This document shows positions 34,044 to 46,255 of a stretch of DNA of 64,000 nucleotides, piece after piece. The DNA is taken from NCBI RefSeq assembly GCF_009914755.1, contig NC_060932.1. One strand, written 5' to 3'. The translations under genes were made by a program, and so were the position numbers. The stretch comes from the human T2T-CHM13v2.0 reference genome, Homo sapiens. Below the pieces are notes generated by a model that was given only the letters and a program-made list of their open reading frames with translations, was not told where the DNA came from and did no database searches. Position 1 is the stretch's first letter. Each line of letters starts with the position of its first letter.

Positions 34044-34676
34044 TGTACAGGCTCTTCATAAACTGCCATCATAAAATCTTACCATTCTAAATTTGAATAA
34101 CCTAAACAACAATCTATAACAAGAGTGTAGGAGTAAGTTTGTCTTGAAAACTGGAAACATTATAGTTTTACCTTGGATGCTATTTTTTTTTAATGGCTTC
34201 CACCCCAAGCAGATAACCAGGAATCTGCCTCTAGCCCACCCAAGTCTATGGTGGTATTGTGCCTTTAATTGCTGGTTTAGGTTATTTCTGTTATGCCCAC
34301 AACCTAAAGTTATTCATATTTTACCTCCAAAAATACACAATAGAAAGTCCAGGGTGTCCTTCTGAAAGCCTTCGGGCGTTGGCAACTTTGCATATTATAA
34401 GGACTGAAATAAGACTCTACTGCGTATAGTCCCTTCCTCCATCCAACTTTGAGTTTTCCATTTGTAGATGCTAGACCAGGCCACCAAGATTTCTTTGATT
34501 GCTAAGAACCTAATCCTGCTCCTCTGATCCTTTGCATAAGAACTCATACATCAAGCTATATTCTCTATTAAGTGGTTACATACACATATATGTATGCAGA
34601 GTTTGAAAGCATTAGGAAAACCACAATCTGCCTTGCAAATTAAGACGAGATAGATTTTTCTCTGTGTCTATATATA

Positions 34677-34700
34677 GGTGGGTGGGTGGGTGGGTGGGTG
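34677..34700 (+). repeat. (GGGT)n tract, G-quadruplex motif
   Basis: Five G3 runs with 1-nt loops. Confidence 0.9.
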
Positions 34701-34769
34701 CATGTGTGTGTGGAAAGAAGAAGAGACAGAATATTTATCTTTTCTATAAAATCATAAAGTGAATTTAGA

Positions 34770-35140
34770 GCCATGCTTCTCAAATTTTAATATGCAAAAG
34801 AATCACCTAGGAATCTTATTTTTATGCAGATTCAAATTTAGTAGGACTGGGTAGGCCCCAAGATTTTATGTTTCTAACAAGCTTCCAGATGCTGCTGCTC
34901 TGGGCACAACATATTGAGCAGCAAGGATTTAGAGAGGATCTAATGTGGTGTTTCTCAAAGTGGAGTCCCAGGAGCAGCAGCAGCAGTCTCTGGAAAATTG
35001 TTGGAAATGCAAATTTTATTGAATTAGAAGCTCCAGGTTTAGGGAACATTAATCTGTATTTTAACAACCCTCTCCCCACCATCCCTCACTGCCTCCGCCC
35101 CACGTGATTCTAATGCACCCTGAACGTAGAGAGCCTCTGA
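34770..35140. mobile_element. MER5-like hAT elements (two adjacent)
   Basis: gcttctcaaattttaatatgcaaaagaatcacctagg; tttctcaaagtggagtcccaggagcagcagc. Confidence 0.7.
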
Positions 35141-36562
35141 TTTACTGTAACTGCCCCTCTGCCAATTTCCAGAAGAAACCGAAACCATAGAAACTGTTTG
35201 ACCTACCCAAGGTCGCATTGCTTGTGAGCAACAGAGCCAAGATTGAATCTCCGGTCTTTTGATTCCCTAGCTAGTGCCTCTTCCCCACAGGGAATGTCTT
35301 TCCAACTGTCGAGTTTTAAGGATCACTTTCATTCCTTTCTAAGTAGTTTGTGGAAGCTTGGGCTGCCTGAGTCAGTCTTTTATTCTGAAAGACAAGAGCA
35401 ATAAGTTATGATATGGAGAGAATCTGCCCAGCACGTGACAGTCAGCTCATGCAGGAAATATGCCAGCGAGGTTTCAAAAAAAGAGAGAGAGAGAGAGACT
35501 GAGCTGGGGATTGGTTCAATTCCTTCACCTCCTCCAATCTGATAGATTCCAGAGTGGGTGGGAGGGAGGGAATGTTTCTGAGTCAAAGCCAGACCATCCT
35601 CCTGTCAAGAAAGGTGCCTGTTTCCAGGGAGCTCAGATTTTGGAACTGCTTTTTTCCTGGGCCATAGAAGGCACCTGGATGCAGTAGCCGTCTCACCTGG
35701 GAGAAAGATGCTCTGGGGAATCCTGGGAATTGTAGGAACTCTAAATGCAGAGACCTGACTGAGAAACTCTCAGGTGCCTGGAAATGGGGCAGTCCCCAGT
35801 CCTGGGCCTGGGAGAATTGGCTGCCTCCAGGACTTCTTCAGAGATGTCCTCAGGCACCTCAGAACCAACTTGTTCAAGCCTTTCCTCTTTTCTCAGTGGG
35901 GGCCATTATCCACCGTCCCAGCAAATCCCTGGGATGTTTCCCCTAATGCCTCCTTGTCCTCCCCACACCTTCGACATGAAACACTGACGGCATCCACTCC
36001 TAGGTATTTCTCTCCTAGCCCTCTTGGTACCTACCTCAAGCCACCCTGGCTCCCACTCCCTTCATCTCGGCTGTGTAGAGAACATCGTCAGTGAAGGGCC
36101 CAGCCTCCAGCCCCTCCCACCAGGCTACCAGAGAGGTCCACTTGGAGCAGAAATCTGCCCCTGTGCTCCCTCAGCTTTAAGTGCTGTGTCCGTTCCTGGC
36201 CCCTGCCCTCCAGACCACACTGACCTCTCCAAGGCTACCTCCTATGACACCCCTGTCCCCACCGTTCTATCACGTAGAACAGCCCTGAGCTGGGGGTAGT
36301 TCTGTGACAGCTCCATGATATCCTGCTTCCCAGCACTTTCCCTGACACTGTTCTCTCAGCAGATTGCCTTCCCTGTGTCTCTCCACCTGGCAAACTCCAC
36401 CTTCTCCTAGCCGGGGTAGAGGGTTACTCAGTCAAGCCTCCTTAACCCTGCAAGACCACCCAAAGTCAGTTTGCTACTCCCTAAATCACCCTTACCTGGC
36501 TTCATCATAACTGTTATGTATCTCTAAAGCCTCGTTTCCTTGACTAGAAAGTGCGGACTATT

Positions 36563-36780
36563 CCAAACCAGCCTGGGCAACATGGCGAAACCCTATCTCC
36601 ACAAACAAAAATTAGCCGGGCGTGGTGGTGTGCACCTGTGGTCCCAGCTACTCTGGAAGCTGAGGTAGGAGAATTGATTGAGCTCAGGAGGTCAAGGCTG
36701 CAGTGAGCCAGAGATTACGCATGCCACTGCACTCCAGCCTGAATGACAGAGTGAGACCCCGTCTCAAAAGAAAAGAAAGA
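36563..36780 (+). mobile_element. 5'-truncated Alu within a MIR
   Basis: Alu consensus. Confidence 0.85.
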
Positions 36781-37861
36781 TTGTGGTGAGGATTAAATGA
36801 GATAATACTTTTACGGTTTATGCTCAGCACAGTGCCTGGCGTACAGACAAAAATGTGAGCTGCTATTATTATTAGTTACGCCAGGGCTCCATTCATTATA
36901 GTTTAATCTTGGTAGTCTTGTAATACTTTATTTTATTTGCATTGAGGTGTTTTCTTGTGGAAGGGGAGTTATTTCTAGATGCTGTAGTACAATCAGATGG
37001 GGCTTGTCCTGGGACATCTGCCCCCAGAGAGACCTGTGCTGAAAGCCAGCTTTCCCCTACGTTTTATCAGCTACCTCAGCTCAACACTTGAATCCTTAGA
37101 AGCTTCAGAGTAAAAAGTACTCAGAATTAGGTTGGGGCATCAGGAATAAAGGCATTAGAAAGAAGGTTCTCTAAGGTTCTCCACCCATACATCTCGTAAA
37201 GCCAGTGTCCCAGGATTCTGATCTGATACACTCCAGTCCTTCCATGTTATGGGGCTGCACTTCCTTCCCAGCACAGGCATGACTTCTCTGCTCATTTTTA
37301 GAGGGGTGTCCACAGCACCGTGTTAAATAACTGATCCCAGCTATAAAGACTTAATTCCAAGAACCTGTTTAATCTCTTGTGATCTGAGGCCTTGGGAAGG
37401 AAGGAAGAGCTGAAGGCACATTCTGAGCACCTACTGCATGCAGACACAGTGCTAAATGATCCACATGTGTGATCTTATTTTTAAATAGACTTTATTTTTA
37501 GAGCAGTTTTAGGTATACAGCAAAATTGAGCTGAAGGTACAGAGGTTTCCCATATACCTCCTGCCCCCTCATACAAGCACAGCCTCCCCCCATCAACATC
37601 CCCCACCAGAGGGATATGTTTGTGATAGTCAATGAACCTACATAGACACACTGATCTTATTTAGGCCTTAGTTCCAGCTCCCCTAGAAGAGTGACAGTTG
37701 CCTTGTGGCCTGACCCTCCTGCCTGGTTTTGCTGCTTGGTACAAAGGCCTTTAGAAATTCCCTGGCGTGGTTGATTGGCTAACAAGGTAATTGATGCAGG
37801 GCCAGTGGGAGGCAGAACACAGAGTACCACTGAGTAATATCTCCTCTGTTCAACATTGCAG

Positions 37862-37923
37862 TGGGGATTTCTGAACCCAAAACATCAAATCTGTGTGGGA
37901 ATCGAGCATATGGAAAATCTCTG
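37862..37923 (+). CDS. VXN: Vexin coding exon 4 (VGISEPKTSNLCGNRAYGKSL)
   Basis: Acceptor cattgcag, 62 nt, donor CTG|GTAAGT; overlaps ORF-track 37861..38043. Confidence 0.95.
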
Positions 37924-38335
37924 GTAAGTAAAATAAGCCTGCTTAGTTGTATCTGTTGTGCATTAAACTTCTGGTCATGTCTGATTCTCCTGTGCCATGA
38001 AGAGAGACTCAGTGTTCTTTGTTCCAGGCCTGAGGATTATTAGAAAAGCATAACTGGCAGTTCTTTGCTCCCAAAAGCTCTCAGTTGGCCCTAATTTGTA
38101 CCCTTGTGGAATATCCCTGGCTGCTTCTCTCTTTCTTGTGAGAAATTCCGCTCTTAGGCAAACAAAAGAAGCTATTATCCAATAGACATCTTATACATGG
38201 TGAGGGGTGGGGGCAGGATGGACTGGTTTCTATCACAGGACCCCGCCAGGTAGAAATGCCTGACTAATTCCCAGGCACAGCCACAGGGGAAAAGAGAGGC
38301 GAGGCTCTCGAGCACTATGAAACACAAAACACCAG

Positions 38336-38950
38336 TGTCTTAGTTAGCACAGGCTGCTGTAAGAAAATACCATAGACTGGGTGGCTAAAACAACAATTTC
38401 TCACAGTTCTGGAGGCTGGGAAGTCCAAGATCAAGGTGCCAGCAGATTCAGTGACTGGCGACGGCTCTCTTTCTGGCTTGCAGATGACCACCTTCTCACT
38501 GTGGGTTCACATGGCCTTCCCTCTGTGCATGTGGGGAGAGGGAGATACCTGGCATCTCTTCCTTTTGTTATAAGGGCACTGATCTTATCATAGAGTCTCC
38601 ACCATCATGACCTCATCTAAACCTAATCACCTCCCAAAGGTCCTGCTCCCAATACCATACATCCAGGACTAGGGTTTCAACACCTTGTAGGGGGCTCCGG
38701 AACAAGCATTACCCACTCAGACTGGTCTGAGTCAGGCTGAAATGACCAAGCTTTTATGTTCCCTTCTCACTCCATCAAGGCATGTGGGCTGTCCCAGGAA
38801 GGGTGTGACCTTGACAAGGTGGCCCTCTACAGCCAAGCCCACCTGAAGGAGCTAAGAGCTTTCTGCTACCCACCCTGCTGTCCTCCCTCCCACAGCTGGG
38901 CAGCTGTCCTTCCTTGAAGGGGATGGGGTGGCACATTTTCAGGCCTATCA
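38336..38950. mobile_element. MaLR LTRs (MLT1A-like 38336-38685 plus an older MLT1 fragment)
   Basis: tgtcttagttagcacaggctgctgtaagaaaataccatagactgggtggc...ctcacagttctggaggctgggaagtccaagatcaagg. Confidence 0.8.
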
Positions 38951-39550
38951 GTACATCTCCCTCATCTCTGGGCAGGAATGTCGGGTTCCCTCTTGGTTAG
39001 CAGAGTCAGCAGTGGCTGGAGGTGAGGTCAGCTCAGGCATCCTAGACTCTTTGAGTATCCGCTGTCAAGATCCATAGGTGGTGCAATGTGAGAACCGGAA
39101 GAGACCCAAGTTATTGTGCCAGGCCCTCATCGTCACAAACAAATTGGACAGAGATATGGGTGCTTCGCTCCTGGTCTGGGCAGGAGACCTAATCCAGGGA
39201 ATCTCATTTAGGCCATCACTATTCTAGGAAAGCCACACACAGGGCTGTTTCCCCTTCCCCAACCTGGTACTTAGGGGAAACCAGGAGGTCTGGGCAGTTG
39301 ATGTCAAGGGAAGATTATCAGGCTATGACAGCTCCAACAGCTGCCCTCACCTGAGCCAGAGAAAAAGCAAGGTCAAGAGGAGGCAGGTAGCTTATGATCT
39401 TTGACTGCCTGGCCCCAGCCCTTAAGCTGGCTTCAGACAGTGCCCTTGGCAGACAGGCAGTGACAGCAGGAGTCCAGAGGAAGCTGGGAGGGGATAGGGT
39501 GGTGATGGGGATGTAGTTACAAAGAGGAGGAATAAGAATGAAGAGGAAGA

Positions 39551-39850
39551 GGCCAGGCACAGTGGCTCACAGCTGTAATCCCAGCACTTTGGGAGGCGGA
39601 GGCAGGTGGTCACCTGAGGCCAAGAGTTTGAGACCAGCCTGGCCAACATGGCGAAACCCCATCTCTACTAAAAATACAAAAATTAGCCGAGCGTGGTGAG
39701 CCATGCCTGTGATCCCAGCTACTCGGGAGGCTGAGGCAAGAGAATCACTTGAACACAGGAGGCAGAGTTTGCAGTGAGCCAAAATCTGCCACTGCACTCC
39801 AGCCTGGGAAACAAGAGTGAAACTCAGTTTCAAAAAAAAAAAAAAAAAAA
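39551..39850 (+). mobile_element. Alu (AluS-like), TSD aagaatgaagaggaaga
   Basis: Alu consensus with long TSD. Confidence 0.93.
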
Positions 39851-41306
39851 GAATGAAGAGGAAGAGGAGGCAGCACAACAGACCCTTCCTCAGGCCTGGA
39901 GATAGTGGGGCTAGGGTCTCACAGCTTATCAGAAATCTGTGACACCAGCATGGGAGAGCAATCCAGGGCCCACACAGCTAAATCCAAGTCCGTGCAAAGT
40001 GTGCTGGGTGAGATTGGCCTAAGGAAAGGGGAAAAGAGTGGGAACAAGTCCTTTCACCCAGAGATAAGGGGGTGCAAGTGTTCACCGGCCCATGGCATAA
40101 TGGGAAGGAAGCGTTTGCACGGACCACAAGGTGGCACAGCAGCTCTGCCCACAGTCGGCCAGCTTGGGATGGGAGGAGGGGTGAAGAAGGTGCCCTTGAC
40201 CGGGAATTTCCAGCAATTTTAGGAATGTGGTGACTTGAAGCCTTGGATAGGGCTTAGGGGGAAGAACACAGCACAGAGTGTGTCTATTGTCTAAGCAGCC
40301 TCTGGACTTAGCCCTGTTTAGGCCATTGGTTAATTTTCAGTTAACTCTCCATGTTCCTGAGTACTTGTCACTCCTTTGGGAGGGCTGAGGAGGGCTGCCA
40401 AGGGGTCCAGTCCCAGACCCTGTTACCCACATAGACACTCAGTGCTGTGGGGACCTGAGGACAGAGAAAGATCAACTTGGGCCACCAGCCTCAGGGAAGG
40501 CTTCCTAGAGGAAACAGCCTTGAAGGGGAGACAGATGAGGCCTCAAGTCAGAGGGTGAAAGAGGAGATATTGCTGTGCCAGCATCAGAGAAGGGAGCACC
40601 CGCTGCTGGGAGCAGAGCTACTGACACACGGGACCAATGGGAGGCCGAGCTGCGTAGATAGAGGGCGTCCTGTGCTGAGGAGCCTGGAGGAGCAGCTGCA
40701 GAGTCAATCTGCCCTGCAAGGTGGGTGGGCGGGGTTGGAGTGCCTTATGCTTCTACAGTCCAAGGAGGGGCATGAGGAATGTGGTGGATCTGGTCGGAAG
40801 CAAGGAGGTCCGAGGTCACTGTCCCTTGAAGGCTGCAGCGGAGGAAACGGAGAGGCTGGGCTGGCCCTACCCTACGTAGCCTAATCAAAGCAAGAATCTG
40901 CAGGATTTAGTAACAAACTGGACACCAGTGATGATGGAGGTGTGAGGGTGGCAGTTGCCATATAAGACTGAGCTGCGCGGTCTCCAGTTTCTCATTTCTC
41001 TCTCCTGAGTTTCTCTAGGTCAGTGGCTCAAAGTGGAGTCCCAGGACTAGCAGCACCAGCACACCTGGGGAATTGTTAGCAATGCAGATTCTCAGGCCCA
41101 CAGCAGACCCACGGACTCAGAAGCTGGGGTGGGGCCTGGCACTGTTTATCAAGCCCTCCAGGGCAGTCCCACACCTGCTGAATGATGAGGACTATGCCCA
41201 GGCGGTGGTGGTTCCATTCAGTCCCCCCACTTGCAGACAGCCTCAGTCAGGGCCAGAGTGGGAAGGCAGATGCATCCTCACACTCCCTCCCGCTTCCTCA
41301 TGACAG

Positions 41307-41404
41307 ATACCGCCAGTGCCCCGGATCTCAGTGAAAACTTCAGCCTCTGCCTCATTGGAGGCGACAGCCATGGGCACAGAGAAGGGAGCTGTTCTGATGA
41401 GAGG
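41307..41404 (+). CDS. VXN: Vexin coding exon 5 (IPPVPRISVKTSASASLEATAMGTEKGAVLMR+GG)
   Basis: Acceptor catgacag, 98 nt, donor AGG|GTAAGT; in frame. Confidence 0.93.
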
Positions 41405-42173
41405 GTAAGTGCTGCGTCTCTGGCCCCACTGCCTGTGGCCTCCCACTGTCCTGATCCTTCCTTCCCCAGAAGAGCACCAGGCCGCCTGGTTGACAGACCC
41501 TCGAGAGGCCAACACAAACCCATGCCAGCTGCAAATTATCTTTTAATGAGGCCAATAATCCTGGGTCTCTGCAGCGCCTCATCAACTGTTTCCCTAGGAT
41601 TAAGCAGGAGGGTTTTTCATGGTTTCCACTTCATTAACGCCACTCTTTAGGCTTGGAGAAGTCATTTGGGAGGTTTTTTGGTTAATTAGATGAATGTAAT
41701 CACGAGCCATATTCAGAACCTCCCATAGGCATGCAGGCGTCAGAAATATCTCATGAGTAAGTTCAAGATCCCCTGCCCACCGGTTAAGAAGTGTGTCAAG
41801 TACAAAGGTTTCAAACCACACTTGAAACTGCAGTGAGACTGCTCGCTTTCATCCAGAACCGGCAGCTAGGGAGGCAGGAGCGGATAACCCCCGACACCCC
41901 TCAGTGACACTGCCTTCTGCCTTGTACCAAGACAGTGAGTCTTCAACTCGATTCAGCACATACCTGTATGCCCTGGACTACATCCTCCACACCGCAGGCA
42001 GCAGAAAAGGCGTTTCAGGGTGGTGAAGGGTTGGGTTATTTTCTCAGATCTGCTTTCTAGCCTGGAACTGCCACCAACCCACCACGACTTCAGGCAAGTT
42101 ATTCAGCCTTCCTGTCCCCATCTGTTCAAAAACAAAAAGGTAAAACAGGAATCACAGGGGGTACCCATCTTAG

Positions 42174-42503
<330 letters not shown>

Positions 42504-43659
42504 TGAAAGAGATAATATGTGGAGAGCTTAGCACAAGCTGTTGTCAACGTGTTTCAGGAAACTTATCTAGTAGTTGGGAAGCTATGCACTTGGGAACATG
42601 TTGGATGCAAGCAGGCGGGGCTCCAGACTACACTGTCAGCCTGAGCGCTGCACACTTTGAAAGCACTGGGAGGTCAGAGCAAGAACAGGCTAGTGGGGAG
42701 CACTTCTGAATGACAGAAGATTGGCTAGAAAGAATTATAAAAACCAAGTCATGTGTTACTCAATGTATGGGGACTTAATTGAAGAAAACAAACAAAAAAA
42801 TTTTCTTTGATTCTGTTATATCCAATAAATATCCAAAAAGATTGGATCATATTTATTTTACCTTAATGAGGTACAATTTTTAAGTGGCAATAGCTGTTGC
42901 TGGCTGCTGGTGTAAACCAGCAAAAATTTCACTGTGCCATGACAGAGGCCAACCTTTCAGTCCACGTGGCTGCGTTGCAAAGGGTTCTAAATGGCTCCCT
43001 TCTCTCTAAACTCAGTCATTGTCATTTCAATTTGTTCCTGGACCCTAGTTACAGAAAAGAAAATTAAGCCCACCATTTCTTTCACCTAAGGGGAGCAGGG
43101 GTTAAGGCATGAACACATGTTGAGGCCCACAATGTGCCAGATGCTTCACTCTTTCATTTGCCTCCTCCAAAAAGCCCCATGAGTTAGATGAGATTATCCC
43201 CATTTTGCACATGAAGAAACTGAGGCTGGTAAAGGTTAAGTCACTTGCCTGAGGTCACACAGCAGATGGGAAGCAGGATTCCATCCCAGACCTCATGCTC
43301 TTTCAATAGCTACTGTTTGGGGAACTGTCCTTTCCAGCAAGTTTGTTCACATAGAGGCTGAAGGGGTAGGTATGCAGAGCCTTTGGCAAGACCAGACCCA
43401 GAGCAGGGGGACAGTAGCAGAACTTGAGATCCCATGAACCAGTGTGTTCAGGGTCACCTCCTCCATTCATGCCATGGGAAGCTTTCCCCAAGGGAAGACG
43501 TTCCTGTGAGGGTCCCAACAGTGACCTTACAGCTACGTGGATCCCGGTCACTGAGGAGGAGCAGAGGAGAGAGAGCTCTGGCCACTCTTCTTAAGGGCAA
43601 AAATGAAGTTTGGCTTGTGAGCAGACCACCCTCCCCACCCACTCCTGGCTTTTCTTTAG

Positions 43660-43843
43660 ATCCAGACATCTCAAGAAGATGACTGAAGAGTATCCAGCCC
43701 TTCCCCAAGGAGCAGAAGCCTCTCTACCACTGACAGGCAGTGCTTCCTGCGGCGTCCCCGGCATCCTCCGGAAAATGTGGACAAGGCACAAGAAGAAGTC
43801 TGAATATGTGGGAGCCACCAACAGCGCCTTTGAGGCCGACTAA
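43660..43843 (+). CDS. VXN: Vexin coding exon 6 (SRHLKKMTEEYPALPQG...VGATNSAFEAD*)
   Basis: Acceptor ttttctttag, stop TAA ending 43843; exon lengths 70+56+154+62+98+184 = 624 nt = 207 aa + stop. Confidence 0.96.
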
Positions 43844-44439
43844 AGGTGACCCTCTTCAAGTGCCCTGTGTTGGCCAAGGTTCCCCGGACAAGAGGAAAAA
43901 CCTTCAGGATTGAAACTGAGCCACACGCACCTCTGCTAGTAGCTGGTCCAAACCCATTATCCTCCCTCACTCATTGATTACCCTGGGATAGGGCACAGGA
44001 AAGAAATGTCCCTCGAAGGCAATATAAAACTGCCCCTTCTTAGAATTGCTAAAGCCATTGGTCTGAAAGTGACTTTGGGAGGTCATAAAGTTTGTATCTC
44101 TATCTTTAAGCAAAAAATTAAACTTTCCCAGCTCATTTTAAAGACCTCCAAGGAAGGAAAAAAGCAATTCCTCTGTCTTCCTTGTGAGTTGCTCTAAAGT
44201 GTGTGATTTTCTAGTGTAAATGGACTTTGAGGCACTTGTAAACACAATGGTTCTTACTGTTTCCATTACTGCATTTACTTCACCTTGACAAGGTACAATT
44301 TTCAAGGACAAAGCACTATATATAAAGTTAGTAGTTCTAATATCCACTTGAGAGTATACTCAAGATTGATTTTCATGGCCATTTGGCATGATTGCATGAA
44401 TTCTCTATTCTTTTATGTGCAGTTTTTCTATAGAAAAAC

Positions 44440-44445
44440 ATTAAA
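44440..44445 (+). terminator. Candidate proximal polyadenylation signal ATTAAA
   Basis: ATTAAA with upstream TGTA motifs and downstream GT/T-rich sequence. Confidence 0.4.
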
Positions 44446-44846
44446 AGTTAAATGTTGACTGCTAATGTTTTCTGAAGTGGCATAGTCTAGTGGAATCAAT
44501 AATCCCTTGCTTTGGTATAATAATTTGAACTTTTGAAAGTGCTTTCTCATCCGTTATCTCTTATCTTCACAAAACCCCTGTGGAAGAAAGCACAATTATT
44601 CCCAATCTGCAGAGGGGGAAATGGAGGCCTTCAGAGATTACAGGACCAGATACCAGGTAGTGGAACCAGACAGCAGGTCCTTAACTTCTCTCCAGTGGAC
44701 TCCCTGCTTTGCCTACTCTCTAGCAACTGACTTGGGGAAGTTTTTAAATGGTGAGAGTGTGTCTCTGGGGGCAACCATTGAAAAGAAGACTCTGATATGT
44801 TGGAACAAGTAAGGGATTTGAATGAAATACACTATTATATCTTATA

Positions 44847-44927
44847 TGTTAGCTTGAACCAGAAAAAGTTGACATTTTTGTAGGTCAAAAACAATTGAGC
44901 ATCAATTTCATATGGTTCAACCTCATA
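44847..44927. mobile_element. MADE2-like mariner MITE (~80-bp palindrome) in the VXN 3' UTR
   Basis: ttagcttgaaccagaaaaagttgacatttttgtaggtcaaaaac...caatttcatatggttcaacctca. Confidence 0.75.
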
Positions 44928-45954
44928 TATGATACTATGCTTTTCTTCTATCAGTGAAAATGTCATCATCAATTCCATTGTCAACATTAGTAGCCTTAAA
45001 ACAATAACATAATAATAATGATGATAATGATACTTATAGCTATCATCTATTAAATGCCTATGTTTCAGGCATGATACTAGGCAATTTATATATATCATCC
45101 TAATCTTTCTAAAAACTCTATTAGGTGGCCCTATCCACTTAATAGATGCCAATTCAAAGAGGTTAAATGATTAGACTAAGGCACCTAACTTATGTGAGTG
45201 TCAGGCTTCAATGCCTGTGTTAGAGCTACTCCTTCACACAAAATAGTTCAGAACATAGAGAAGGACCAAGGTTAATAAATGATTTTCATCCCAAACACTA
45301 AACATGATTGATGGGTAGAGGCTGCCCGAAGTACTGTGTAAAGATGGAATCTGAGATAGAAGAATGCTGTGGTCAATTAGTAATTCTTGCCCATGGAGGG
45401 ATTAGTGACACATGCCTTGTATATTTGTCATCTGTGGCCTAAACTCTGCCCCTGAAGGTTTGTTTTCTAATTCAGAGGTTTAAATTAATCTAGCCCACTT
45501 AATAAAACCAGAGATCCTATGGGAAATTTAGCCTAAGACAGTGCTGGAAATTGCCATATGTTGATACAAAGAAGTGTTTGGCCACATTACAGGTCTCAGA
45601 CTCAACTGCTATGTGTGACTGCCGCTCTGTGCCTATGTCTTGCTTTTTTGCTGAGTTCCCTATTTCCATATCTCCAGGTGAATCCATGAGAAGCGAGAGG
45701 GTGGCTGAGAGGCCTGGGCCTCTGGGATTCCACCTTGCTATCTCTGCTCTTCAACCATTGTTTTAGACTCTGAACACCAGATCCTCATATCTGAAAGTGA
45801 TTTGGAGACCTGGGCATCAAGTGCTCTTTTAAGAAGGGGCTATCCCAGAGGACTGTTCAAAAGTCTCATTCAATAGAGATGTTGGAGTCCAGAACAAAGT
45901 TAGGGAGCAAACCAGTAACCTATGCTGGTCGTAACAGAGGATCCTACAATTACG

Positions 45955-46082
45955 TTTGTTTTTAAGACAGGATTTTGCTGTGTTGCCCAGACTGGTCTCA
46001 AACTCCTGGGTTCAAGAGATCCATCCTCCCACCTCAGTCTCCTGAAAGCTGGGATGACAGGCACATGCCACCACACCTAGCT
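45955..46082 (-). mobile_element. Alu monomer (FLAM-like) in the VXN 3' UTR
   Basis: Antisense single Alu arm. Confidence 0.8.
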
Positions 46083-46243
46083 CCTTACAACCATTTATTT
46101 TAACTTATTTCATTTATAACTGGTATCTTTCATTTGTATGTGGCAGCTAGAGATTTATATAGGATGGAAGTAATTTATTTTTAATTTAAATATTTCATGT
46201 TGAACTGTTTGCCTTGTATGGAACATTTTACTTGGCCAATTCA

Positions 46244-46255
46244 AATAAAAATAAA
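46244..46255 (+). terminator. Distal polyadenylation signal (AATAAA x2)
   Basis: tcaAATAAAAATAAAgtcagctttgtttgt. Confidence 0.75.

Noticed and set aside
41231-41650. 139-aa plus-strand ORF
   Set aside because: Alternative frame across exon 5 and introns; the spliced VXN frame explains the region
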